The notes under the pieces are model-generated. The model saw nothing but the letters and a program-made list of their open reading frames with translations, made no database searches and was not told where the DNA came from. 64,000 nt of DNA from the NCBI GenBank assembly GCA_040285825.1, contig JAUPSS010000002.1, positions 806,001-870,000 on the forward strand, in the 5' to 3' direction. The DNA comes from Eukaryota sp. TZLM1-RC (taxonomy: Eukaryota > Protista > Metamonada: BaSk clade). How positions within the stretch are numbered: position 1 is the first letter of the stretch; every line of letters starts with the position of its first letter. Position numbers and translations under genes: made by a program. Positions 24,951 through 37,949 of the stretch are shown here, piece by piece.

Positions 24951-27842
24951 TTCTTTTTTTTTTAAATTTAATTTTATTCAAAACCTAAAAATTTATTGAA
25001 TTTGCACACTTGATTAAATTAAATCATAACTAATGGGACGACTATCATTAAACCAAGATTTCCTCTACAAAATCTTGATTTGCTTGCTGTCTAGCTAAAG
25101 CTTCTCTAATTCGATTGAAAAACCGCGGTAATCTATTAACAATGGCAAATTGAATCCGTGAACGCCATAAAAAAAATATCAAATCTTTTCATTGTTTTTT
25201 CTTTCACCATTTTTTGGAAGTCATCCAAAAAAAGTTTCTGCTTCAACTGATAATCTTCCATTTATCGAAAATGGAAAAGCAATAAAAACCAGCTGTGTAT
25301 TTCTATCGATATTTGCATCTTCAATTTCTTTATCATATTTTTTATGTTTTTCTTTTGCTTTAAAAATCCAGAGCAGCCACAGGATTAAGTTTTCTTCTGT
25401 GAACCAAAGTATCGTTTGCAACATTACATGAGACAAAGTCAACAATAGCTTCAGAATTATCAATCCAATCACAGTATACATCACCTCTATCATCAGAACC
25501 AAAATTATTCAGAGAAAGTGTTTCTTTCAGCAGGGGCTCTTTGATACACGATATCCTTGCAGTTTGTGCCATATTGAAAACAGTGTCTCTAACAGCATCA
25601 TGTAATGAAGAACGATAAGTTATCAATTTAGAGCAATTTAGAGCATGGCGCAAAGTGAGTTGAGGTGAATTCGAACAAATACATTTTTCTTTTGATAATA
25701 ATTGGTTAATGGGGATGTTCAAATATAATCTCATTTTTGTTACAAATGCTTCATTAGTAGCACACAATCCAAATCTTCGTGGTACAATGGTTACAAAAAG
25801 TGAAGAATCTGACACCTTGTTTTCACAAACACCCTTTTCCAATAACAATGAGTGAAGATCTTGATTTAAAACAGCCGAGCTGCAAATATTATTATAAAGA
25901 TCTTTTTCATACATTCCAGTCAATCTTTTCTGTAATGTTCGAAGAGTGTACTTCAAATTTAAAACATTTTTTCTGGAATATTGCCATTGAATGATTGGGG
26001 AAAACATCGACCCCATTTTTCTACATCAATTCTTGAAATTTCTTCATTTAATGCAAAAACAGTGGAACTTTGCGTTGTCATCAATAAATCTTCCCAATCT
26101 GCAAATCTTTCGGAGAACTCAAAGATTGCATTTCTGCATCCACCAACAAAAAGCACACGAGGTAAGAATAGAAGCCTTCGTCCACCCTAAACCACCATAT
26201 TGTGGACTAAGGTAAGCATGATCTGGAATTTGAAACATTTTACATCCCAGTAATTGAGACAGAACTTTTGCACGTAACTCATTAAACTTTTGAGCCAAAG
26301 GTCTAGTGACGAGAGGATTTGTAGATCGAAATATATGATTAAAATTGGAACTAAAACACAGTCTTATAATGGTAAATTTGATGTGTTTTTTTATATCTAA
26401 ATTCATCATTCGGTCAATTTTGTCAGAAATTGAGTTCAACTTTTCAAACAATTTTTTGGTAATTTCATCATTATTTCCTAAAAACGAACCCAAATGACGA
26501 ATAGCCTATAAATCAAAACCTATAAATCAACATCTAAAAAATCCATCTCTCCCAAAACAAAAACACTAGATGCAACTCTCTCATAGTGAGATCCAAGAGA
26601 AAGCAAAGCATCAGAAACCATCTTCAACATCCCCTTAAAAATAGAAAACACAATTCTATTTTGCCAAAACAATCTGTTGAAATATCTGCCAGTTCTTCAC
26701 TTTACAATCATTTCAAAATCATCCAAAAAACGTAAAGCAGTTGGTGCAAATGAACCAAAAAGGGAAAATACAAATGGATACAAATTGTATTTTGCATGCT
26801 GTAGACGGGCCAATTTGGACAAAGGTTCATTGTATTTTTTGAATTTAAAATTTTCAGCATTTGAAAGGGGATTATGAATTTCAGAATTAACAAGCCTTTC
26901 AGTTGAGGCATTACAAGGATCAACAGACATTACATCCAATAAAATGAAGCTTCCATCTAATCCAGGTAATATGACATCACCTCTATTATTCTTATGAAAA
27001 TCATTTTCAGCATCAAACAGATTTGACAACAAAGGTTCCAAGAAGGATTCAATTCTAAGAGATTTACACATACAATATAACTAGTCTCTTACAGCATCAT
27101 GAACCTTGCTTCTAAAAGTAATAAAATGTTTACAATTTAACAAATGAGTAGTTGTAATTTCTCGAGAACATTTACAAATTAAATTATGAGGTAAATTATC
27201 AGGCCAGATAAAGGAACGAAATCTCATATTCAGAGTCCAAGCAGAATCGGATAAGAGAGTACCATAAACTTGTGGAATTGTTGTTACTAAGGCAGAAGAA
27301 GTACTGTCACACATATCTTGTAAAAGATTTGCAAAAGCGGGATTCTTTTTCTTGGCCAAGCCAAGTCTAACATCAAAATCCAAGCTTTCAAAAATCTTTG
27401 ACAATTTTTGTTGAAGCTTTTTACAGCAAAACTGTAAATTAAATAGAGATCGGTTTGGAATTTCTTGAATTGATTGAGGAAAACATTTGGTCCAAATTTG
27501 TGGCGGTAATTTTTCAAGTTCACAAGATAACTCATACAAATAGGGACTACAATTGGGGACTAACAGATGAGAATCATCAGGAAATCTACGAGAAAATTCA
27601 TAAATAAAATTTTTGCCACCACCCAAGAATGCTGATTGACACAAAATTGAAGATTTAGTAAAACCAATACCACCCAAATTTGCTGAAGAAAATAAATGGC
27701 TTTTCAACATTCCTGGTTCTACATCCAATAAATCAGCAAAAAATTCTGTTCTCAATGAATTAAAAGAACGACAAAAATCTAATGCTAGGGAAGGAGCACA
27801 AGATCTCAAAATGTGGGTTATTCTCCCAGTGTAGCAAATTTT
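24951..27842 (-). mobile_element. 5'-truncated RLE non-LTR retrotransposon, family 2, with poly(A) tail; contains a nested family-1 copy
   Basis: ORFs 27081-27959 and 26697-27071 (C-x-C..HLLNC, HDAVRD, RGDV); A-tail at ~24951-24963; exact 13-bp TSD AATGTCCTTTTCT at 24938-24950 and 27843-27855. Confidence 0.85.
24993..26504 (-). mobile_element. 5'-truncated family-1 RLE element nested in the family-2 3' UTR
   Basis: Near-identical to 53030-54545; flanked by CCTAAAAAT (24984-24992) and CCTATAAAT (26505-26513). Confidence 0.9.
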
Positions 27843-30211
27843 AATGTCCTTTTCTGCTTTTTGTTTAGGAACTGTAAGTGCAAATCCAAATGCATTTGCC
27901 AAACCTACATTGGAAATCCATTCTTCATTACAACTCCAGACACTATTGAGCTGCCACATCGTTTAAGATGGACTGATATTTTCTTCTACAGAGATCATCC
28001 TGACTACTCCCTTTTGAGTTCCTCCCTGTCTTCTTTTAGCACCCGATGAGGATGTGCTTGTTCCAGGAACTGGCGATGGACAGTTTCTTCTGTTGTGGCC
28101 TTCTTCGCGACATAAACCACATCTTCTCGGTTTTTTGTCCTTCTCAGCAGTCTTCTTTTTCTGATCTCTCTGCGAAGCAGATGATCCATTTTCGAAATCT
28201 TTTGTTTGAGTTTTTGGTCTCTCGAAAATGGATGGTCTACCTTCACCGTTGATTGCAGATGTGATAATGGAATATATAGTTATGGCAGAGTTGAAGTCTC
28301 TATTCCAATGCGTGCTGCATGTCTGACACTTCACTAAACCCCACGGTGTTGATTTTGCTGTTTCTTCTAGTGAATCCTTCTGTTCATCCTTTTCTTGTTG
28401 AAAATCTTTTTTTCTAGTAGGATTGTTTTGATTCAATAAATCAATTCCTTGTTTTAACTTTATTGCTTTTTCTTTTTAGTTGTCGTTTGCCCTTAGGACC
28501 TAACACTTTACTACTAGAATCATTGACACATTCTCCAAAATTTCCCTTGGCAGCACAACTAGAACAAGATTTACTCGTTCTATATTCATCAACTAGGATC
28601 ATTCGATAACCAAATCTTCTTAATAGTTTGCGAATTTTGGTTCTTCTCATGGTTGTCCTTTTTCCCTTCCTTGTAATTCCTTTCGAGCTCCAGTCATCAT
28701 AACCAATAACTACGTCTTCAGGGGAGCCAAAGGTCAATTTGAATCTTTCCAACATGTTTTTTCACTTCCTCGATTATTCGTATACGTTTGAAATTTTCTT
28801 TTTCTGAAACCATATTTCTTGGTAAAAAATATTCATATGAACATTGTATCGCTCAAATTCCTTGATGTAATGACCAAAATGTTGACTGAAACAAATTTTT
28901 TGTTGACTGTTTGATACAGATAAAGAAAATTGATTTAAAATATCCTGACCTGAGTAATCACCATCATGTAATTGTACGTTCCATTTTTCCGATTTTCTTT
29001 TTTTTCTTTTTTCCGTTGAACGATATTTGGTAATTTTTCTGTCAAATTGGCGTTCACCGGTAGTATATTTGAACGTGTTCCACCAGTGTTTGGGTTCCAG
29101 CCGTGCATAATCAGAGTCAGAGTTAGAATAGGTTGATAGATTTTGTAATTGTTTCTTTCTTCTTTTAATACCTTTGCGTTTTTTGCTTCTGATTTCTGGA
29201 AGTTGTCTTTTTTTATAGAACACATTTTGTGAAATTTGTTCTGGGGTAATAGTTACAGCAGGATTTGGAGAAACACAGTGCATTAAATCGTACTCGTTAG
29301 GCTCAATGGTAACTATTCTTCTATCTTTTACCTTCAACTTCTCGACATTTTCAGCAGGCAAGGAATGTATCTATCGCTCTGCTACGCAAACGTCTTGGAA
29401 GTAAAATTTTTGAAAACATTCCCATTTTCATCAACCAGGTCTTTACGAATTAAGACCACTGAACAAGCAATCTCGTCTGTTATAATTGAGGAGAATTTCA
29501 ATTGAAAGCAACCTTTAGTCTCCTGTTTGTAAAAATCTAATACCTTATCAGTTAGTATTTTGGCAAAAACTGATGATCTTATGTCATCTGCTCTCCCTTT
29601 GAACTTGCTAAATCTTTCATTGAGCCAATGAGTATCGAGTCTTATATGCTGTGGAATCAATGTAGTTGTCAATGGAAAAGGATTACTGACTGACAAAGGT
29701 TTGCCATCCTGGGAACAGAATGATTGAATGGTTCTGTTAATATATATAGCATGAGACAGAAATTGCAATGGCTTGGCTGATTGAGTATAATTAAGATTTT
29801 TACCCTTAATTAAAGGTGGAATTAAACAATGTTTCACATAAGCAAAACACTTCAAAGTCATCTCTGACTGGGAAAAGGGAAAAACAATGTGATCATTGAT
29901 AGGAAGTTCATCAAGGTTTCGACCGATAATGGTTTCCCTGACTTTGTTGAGTTTGGTCAATATTTCTTTCTTCAAATGGTTTTCCTGAATTCGTAGTGGT
30001 CGGAACTTCTTCAAGGTGATAATGTTTAACCAGCGCAAAACGTATTCATGAAAGTGTTTGCTGAGATATTATTGCCATAATTAATGGCAATTTGTTTGGC
30101 TGTGTAGTGCGAAACTCGATTCAATGATGTATTATCTGGAAATTGAATCCTTCTTTGACCAAGCTCATTATTAAGATTTTGTAGAATTGGATGAAAGAAA
30201 TTCAGGTAATT

Positions 30212-33200
30212 TGTAGGTATCTCACTAGTGAGTACCTTTATATAGAATGACATTTAATAAAATTAACTTTATCTTAACTCCCTTTACATCCAGCTAGCAT
30301 AATGCCCAACGGCAACAATAATTATTGTGCGTATCAGGCACCATTAACAGCAAACAGCAACAGCGCTGTAGACACCCAAAAGATGTCTGGGGTATGTCAG
30401 ACATCTGTCAGAGGAGACCCTTCTAACCCTCCTCTCAACAACTCATCTTCTTCGAGTTCAATGGCAACTCCAGAAAAGGATTCGAGTTCGGGCGAAAAAG
30501 GCCTCACTCCTCCTCAGGTTACGGGTACGGGTGTAATCCACCCCACTCCCCCCCCCAACAAATAGATTCGAGGCTAGACACCTCCACTGCTTCAGGTTCG
30601 GGTTTAAGCCCCACCAAGAATCAAATTTCGGCGCAAAACGTCCAATTAAATCAGCGAGGTAAAGTTACGGCGCAAGGCGCCCAATATGTCCACTCGTCGG
30701 CGAATACCGCCCTCGCGACGACACCAAAGGTCAATTTCGACCTACCTCCAGCTCCCTCCCAAGAGATACAAGAGTTACTCTTGGCACTCACTATGAGTAA
30801 GGAAGAAATGGAAAAGAAGGAACCAACGGACTTCATAGAGTCCCTGGACGAATCAATATACCCGCAGTGTGAAAACACTGTCGTCGTAAAAACTCTCAAT
30901 GAGACGATTTAGGGAGCTCAGGAAATCCCCATACAACCGTCAGTGTTGAAAGAGGCAATTGAGCTTTTAGACAAGGAAGCCATGAGTTGAGCACACGGCC
31001 CGCAGAGCGAAGAATGAGACTCTCGCCTCTCGACACAGAATACAAAAATATAATGGCAAAACCTCGCACAGAACGTGACGATTTTTTGGGGAATAACGCC
31101 ACCCTCGATAACAAAGGATTCAGAATTCGGTGGTTAGAGGTAATGGAAGTTGGTACCGACTTCTCTGGGAAACTAGATAGTCCCGAGAACGTCCGCCTCC
31201 TACCTGACTGGTTCAGAGTTGGTATAGACAAAATTTACGAAGAGCTTAGCGCCCCCGGAGAGGACTATACGGTAGTTAGAGAGGTTCATGAATACTACCC
31301 AGTCTCACATAGACCAAATTACGTTGAAATGAGACCAGCCTCACAACCTTTCAGGCTCATATATGAAGAATTAGGGGTCACTTATAGACGAGATGATATA
31401 AACATGACGACAGCAGTCGTTTCCACATACAGGTCTCCTCCTAATAACAGGAACCTCCAAACAGGCGATTCATGGGTACAGAACAAGGTTTTCACCTTCA
31501 CCCCCATCATTGGTTTAGAGAATACAGCTTTCAAGAGCATCAGGCCTTTCCGGCCCTCAATTCAACTAAATTTCCAAGATGAATCGAAATCAGTTCAGGA
31601 GCTGCATGTAGACACCTTACCCCAACCAAACACAGGACCAATAGGGTTAGACGTCCTCACAATCCAACCTGGTGATTCATCACAACCGATGGAAGGAGTT
31701 CCACAATCCTCGGTTGATACCACACACACAACGGGACAAGGTCTTAGTTTACAAGATCTACAGGCAACAGGATCTCAACAACAACACAGTCAAAACCTAC
31801 TCGATCCACGCCTCATATTAAATCAAAACTTACAGTCCCATGTTGGTTATCATTACAGAACTAAGGCCATAGAACATGCAACCATACACGAGCCCCTAGA
31901 CTCGAATTCCCTGAAACTCAGATGAAAATAGTACATTTCCTCATGGAATTCGCCCTCTGGGACACAACTGGTAGAGACGGAACTCAAAACGTCGATCAAA
32001 TACAGATCCCACAATCCAGCACCCCTCAACAACAAGAACAAATAACGAAGATGATAAACAGTTTAGCTCAGTTGATCTCAGTACAGAGTGGAGACTCAAC
32101 TCACATTCAGCAACAAATAGACGATTTACAGTCCAAATTGAATAATATGGAAGCACCAAAATTATACAGAATAGATCAAAGCTTCATAAAAAAGATAGGG
32201 GTACCTGTTCACTCTTATGATCTTTTTAGATCAGTCTTATCAACAGTGAATCCCCAGGGAATCTCAGGTTGCATCCATGCCAAAATTATATCTTTCTGGA
32301 AACAACAACAACTCGTGAGCATGGAACCTACAGATGCCGAAATATTATTACTACTGTGTAGAAGCCAGTTCACATCATTACATGACGCAAAATTAGCTCT
32401 TTTTAAACCTAAATTCAACTGGCAAAAGGTAAGTACATCCGCCGACGCAGAAAGAGAATACGTGATTTATATGGAAAATTTTGGAGACATCTTAAGGATG
32501 TGCACATACATATCCGACCCATCGGCCAGAATTGAATTGAATTTTTTTTCTAAGTCAAGCCAACTACATCGCCACTTTGGACCTTCCAAAAGCTTTTTGG
32601 CAGATGAAAGTCGCTGACGAGGATATTGAAAAGACATCCATCTCTTTCCCTGGCAGATCCATTATGTTTAAAAGGGCATGTTTCGGATTAAAGAATATCC
32701 CAGCAATTTTTCAAAATGTTATGATGGAAATTTTTCAGATAGACGGAGTGTTCATATACATTGATGACATAATCATAATTGGATCAACCCTTCAACAATT
32801 TTTAGAAAGAATTCAAAGGGTACTGCAATGCGCAAGGGATAGAAGAGTCAACATTGGATTGAAAAAATGTAAATTCGTTACTGACAAACAACCAATTGAC
32901 ATTTTAGGCAGCACTTTCCAATATAAACAACGTAAAATTAGTCAAAAACGAGTCGATGCTTTAATTAACATCCATGCTCCAAAAACAATAAAAGAAGTTC
33001 GGTCATTAGTCGGCTCAGTCAATTTCATCAGAGACTGGCTCCCAAACATTTCACAACTAATTGCACCCATAAACGAATTAATCAAACACAAACAACGCCG
33101 TGTCAACTGGGAAAGCAAACACGACCAACTATTAGAACAAATAAAAGAATTAATCATTAATCATATGCCTCTGGAATTACCATCACCAGACAAACGCATT

Positions 33201-35392
33201 TTAATAAGCACCGATGCATCAGACATCGCAGTAGGAGGAGTTATCTGGCAAGAGGTCGAACCATATGCACCCATAGGAACTGCATTAAAAGATAGAAAAG
33301 TAAAACCAATCTCTTTTTACAGTAGAATATTAACTGATACTCAAAAACGTTGGTCAACATTACAAAAAGGAACTATACGCAATATTATTAATACTAACAG
33401 AAAGCCATTTAGAAAGCTTCCTCATCACTCGACACTTAACCATATTCACCGACCATAGAAATATTGCGTTCCTCGCCACAGCTCCAGAAAAGAACAGAAT
33501 AGTCAAAAGATGGTTACCTATTTTATCAGAATTTGATTTTGATATAGTACATGAGAAAGGAGAAGACAATCACTGGGCAGACATGATGTCACGAAACATT
33601 GATGACAATTCAGTAATACCAGAATTAAATCACATCAGTCACCCACACGATCCTTACTGGCACGGTGAAATTCCACCCCCAGATGACGATTCCGACTATG
33701 AAAGTCCAGAACCAATCCACATTCGCGAATTATCAAGACACCCAGATTTACCAATCTTTTCAAATTGGTTATCCAAAGTAAGAGCAGAACAACAACTGGC
33801 CATTAGCAATAACGATCCATTATTCAAAAACGCCACACTCTGCAGAAACACAGAAATTTGGCTTAATAATAATAATAAAATGATAATACCGACCAAACTA
33901 AGAAAAACAGCACTCAATCTAATACACGGATTAACACAATCAGGCCACCCAAGCAAAAACGAAAGTCTTCACAAGCTTTCCAAAAGTGATTTTTACTGGC
34001 CAACATGAGAAAAGACCTCATCAAACACATCGAAAAATGTCCTACTTGTCAGAAAACAGCCCCCATAAAACAATCAAAGACTCCCTCAACGGGCTCACTG
34101 TGGGCAAATCGTCCATTTGCTAAACTAAATGTAGACACAATTGGACCTCTGAATAAAGATAATAATGATAATAAATACTTATTAGTTTTCGTCGACAGTT
34201 TCACTAGATATACAATACTAGTGCCACTGAAAGAACTCAATGCTTTAGAAGTGGCAGATGCATTAATTTGGAATATCTGTGCAATATTCGGCATACCTAT
34301 GGCTATACATAGTGATAATGGCCCAGAGTTCGCCAATGAAACATTCAAATTGCTATGCCAGAGAATGTCAATTGAAGTCACAAATTCAATTCCATATCAC
34401 TCTGAAAGTAATGGATTGGTAGAAAGGAAACATAGGGATGTAATTCAATGTATAAGAAGATTATTAATAGATTACAATGACTATGACGCTTGGTCCACAT
34501 ATGTCCCAATTACACAGTTATTAATTAACTCAACCAAAAGCAGAATCACAAACCACACCCCCTATGAATTGATTTTCGGGTCATCTATCCGCCCTAGATC
34601 AGACCCTGCTAACATCCTTGGCGGCATATTCGATTTTGAATCCAATGTCCCACTTTTACAAGACCTCAAACTTAAAACTGATCGTCTCCAAAAGAAATGG
34701 GAGGAAGCAGAGAACCACCAATTATTAAACAAACCCAGTCAGAATAATATTAATAATAATACAGAAACCACATTTAATATTGGTGACTATATTCTTCGAA
34801 AAGCTAAGCAAAACAGCAAATTGCATGGATCTTGGTTAGGCTCATTTTTAATTATAGAAATCCCATCCAATTCCACATTGACAGTTAAGAACCTGACGAC
34901 TGGTGATGAGACAAAGGTATCAAAGAGGGACTGCAAAATATACAACGCTGACGATTCTAACGATGTTGATTTACTCAGGGCAATCGCAGCCACCGATTCA
35001 GGTAAACATGTCATCGAAGAAATCCTTGAGGAATATAAAACATCTCAGGGACCCTTCTGTACTGTGAAATGGTTTGGTGGAGAAACTACCGAGGAACCAC
35101 TCCATTCGATCAGATATTCAGAAGCGTATAAGCAATTTATTAGTAAGCCAAATAAAAGAAAACGCAAAGCTAATATATCCAATAGCTCGTCTCAGGCTCT
35201 CCCCGTGCCTCGACGAAAGCGTTATCCGCAAAGGAAGCGGAACAACAATAGTAAGTAATTTTAATTAACGAAACGGGAGAAGGTAGTGTAGGTATCTCAC
35301 TAGTGAGTACCTTTATATAGAATGACATTTAATAAAATTAACTTTATCTTAACTCTCTTTACATCCAGCTAGCATAATGCCCAACGGCAACA
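30212..35392 (+). mobile_element. Ty3/gypsy chromovirus LTR retrotransposon with internal deletion
   Basis: 106-bp LTRs 30212-30317 and 35287-35392 (TG...CA, one mismatch); TSD AATT; purine tract before the 3' LTR; RT LDLPKAFWQ..YIDD; RNase H TDASD; integrase HHCC + DDE (HSDNGPEF); chromodomain-like IEEIL..VKW..TEEP. Protease and RT N-terminus missing at ~32545. Confidence 0.95.
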
Positions 35393-35438
35393 AATTAAAA
35401 CTAATTTTCTGTTTCAAAGTGTAATTCGAAATATCCAT

Positions 35439-35554
35439 GAAGCTTTAGCTAGACAGCAAGCAAATCAAGATTTTGTAGAGGAAATCTTGGTTCAATGATA
35501 GTTGTCCCATTAGTTATGAGTAAATTTAATTAAGTGTGCATGTTCAATAAATAA
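35439..35554 (+). mobile_element. Extremely 5'-truncated family-1 RLE insertion
   Basis: Matches the last ~115 nt of family 1; flanked by AAATATCCAT (35429-35438) and AAATATACAT (35555-35564). Confidence 0.85.
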
Positions 35555-37949
35555 AAATATACATATCTTTAATTACTTTTTTGGCTTCAATCTTTGATTG
35601 TTCCAAATCTGAAATATTTTCGTTTGACTTCGCAACAAACATCCGCGTTAAAACTAATTTAATTAAAATTAATTATTGATTCTAATTTGATTGATTCGCT
35701 TAAATCTGGTAGTTGAATTGAAAAATCATTAAAATCGAAATACGCATCATAGTCGTATTCATGCATTGAAGACACAGTTTCGATTGTGGAAAATGTTTCT
35801 TAATCTGAAGGGAATCAAAATCATAACCATTCATCAACTCAATCTCTAACTTCCTATACTCAGTATTTTCATACTGACATAGCAAAAAAATTTAAGGATG
35901 TTCCTCTGACAGTAGCTAAGTGGTTATTGTGAACACACTTAGAAAGCAAAGTACGCTTGTCATGGTCCTTGATTGTACTATTTATTGCTCTTTTTACAAT
36001 TTTTATTGGAGGTTTCTCGACAATAGATTGAAAATGATGATGAAAAAACGCAGTCATATTTCATCAAGAACACGGATTACTTGATGTAGATGTTCAGCCA
36101 GAATTTGTGTATTATCATTTCGCCACAATTGAGTAGTTTTGATTTGTACTAACAGTTGAGCAAGTTCTTTTTTTCTTTCAATGGAAACTTTAGTTAATCC
36201 CAAAGAAAAAAATAATTTGTCTGTGTTGTAGCCAATAAGTAACCCTTGCTTAACCTTAATCAATAAGTCAATAACTGAATTAATCATATCCTTCTCTGAT
36301 GAACATAAGTGAATAGAACAGTCCTCTGATTAAGGAATCACTTTTGTGGAGAAGATGTGTGACTCTTTCGCATCTTCATATACAAATGCCAAAGCAAGCA
36401 TAATGAGGGAATCTTGATGAGGATTTGACAGTAGTTCCTCTCTCTATGTTTCATGTTCTTCCTTACTTTTAGGAATTTCGGCATCAGGTTCTTGAGGCAA
36501 TACAGTGGGTTTCTCAAAGGAAAAGTTTAGATTGTTAGGTGATTTTTGCGATTTTGAAATAATATTCACATCAAGACGTTGGGTGTTGGTAAAGACTCTT
36601 CTAAACGCCAAGAGACAATGCAGCGGACGAGAAGCTTGAGAGACATTTTCAATAATGCATAATTGTCTTCTTTTGATTTCAGGAGTGAGTCTAGATCCAA
36701 AGTGAGAATGACGGTTGAGGATAATTTCAGAAGATGTAGAAAGCAGCGAAGCAACACGTTCTCTGTTTTCTTCTTACCTACCAAGAGGTACGTAGTATGA
36801 AACGGTGGGCGGGTCAATACCCAGGTTCAACGACACAGGGGGGAGGTCGTCTGACATGTAATGAGAATTATGAGCTCAATTATCAAATTTTGCACTTGTC
36901 ACCCCATTCTCGACTTATGGTTGCCTGTTCTCGTAGGTTTTTAACCCTCAATTTTGTTTTGGGAGGGTTCACACTTTACACACACTTTTCTCATTCCTTT
37001 TCTATTGTCAACATTGTTGACAGTTTTTCTTGTGTAAGTTCTTCTTGTGTCTTACATGAGCTATCCCATCATCATGACAAGTTGATGATTGTGACACTCA
37101 ACATGAACAAGACTTACAAAAAAGTTACAATCATTCTAGAAGAATAAGAGTCTTTGACAACGATGTGGAGAAGATAGATTTTGTCTATGCTCAACATGTT
37201 GGTCAGAATCAAGACTTTCGCAAGTTGACATTTCTGATCCCATTGACAGATTTTTTTCCTAAATACCCTTTATTTGAACCTTCAACGTTAGCATTCTATA
37301 GGAATAGAGGTGGTCTGTATACAGGTGGTTTGTATATAGGCGGTCTGTTTGGTTGAATAATAATTCCCCTCAGAATCCCCCAGGCCTCACTCCCCCTGGA
37401 AATCTCCCTGGTCTAAAGCTTTCAATTTCTGTTGCTTTAGTCGTGGTTTTTTCTGTCATTTCTGTTTTCTCATCAACCTATGCCGTTTTTCTTCCATTAA
37501 CTGTTCCATTAACTGCTCCATTGTTTAGGAAAAAAATTTTCACAATTTCTTTGTATTCACTTTCTGCTATTTCTTAACCATTTACTTGATCTTCCATCAC
37601 TGCAAACTTAGTTATTCAACTATTTAAATCCTTGGTGCAGGAATCCGCGATCCTAATTTTTGAATTAATTTCTGTGTTTTTTGACAGTAGAAACAACAAC
37701 TGTTATGGAACTCATCAATTGAAAGAAACCTCATGAGTTATAACCAGCCTTTTTAAATAAAAAGTTCCCATTTTCTTTGGTTGGTTCTGTGAACTTCGTT
37801 GTTCTCAGTCTCTGATTCCAAGTTCAACTTGATATTTTTAAACAATCACCTTACACATAATTCAATCAGTTCCATATATAAGATAAGCAAAACTAATTCG
37901 AATTGTAAACAAATATATCCATTAAAAAAATTTAGTGAGTCGTCCAATT

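Larger units (their letters stand above)
27963..36290 (-). pseudogene. Fanzor1 copy D (distinct family), interrupted by a gypsy element and an RLE fragment; C-terminal CCHC zinc knuckle
   Basis: N-terminal IVKRAINSTIK (35869-36057); HIRLDT; IITDEIACSV; RuvC-I IVTIEPN; FGSPEDVVIGYDDWS; RuvC-II LVDEYRTSKSCSSC; WGLVKCQTC..WNRDFNSA; GRP; then CGLCREEGHNRRNC. Removing the inserts restores the frame (KVIKDM.ISNYTLKQKISFNYLNFFHP). Confidence 0.85.

Noticed and set aside
27081-28436. Fanzor-retrotransposon fusion gene
   Set aside because: The 13-bp TSD and A-tail show the RLE part is an independent 5'-truncated insertion starting at 27842.
37290-37790. Minus-strand gag-like, RG-rich relic
   Set aside because: Only compositional resemblance; cannot be assigned to an element.
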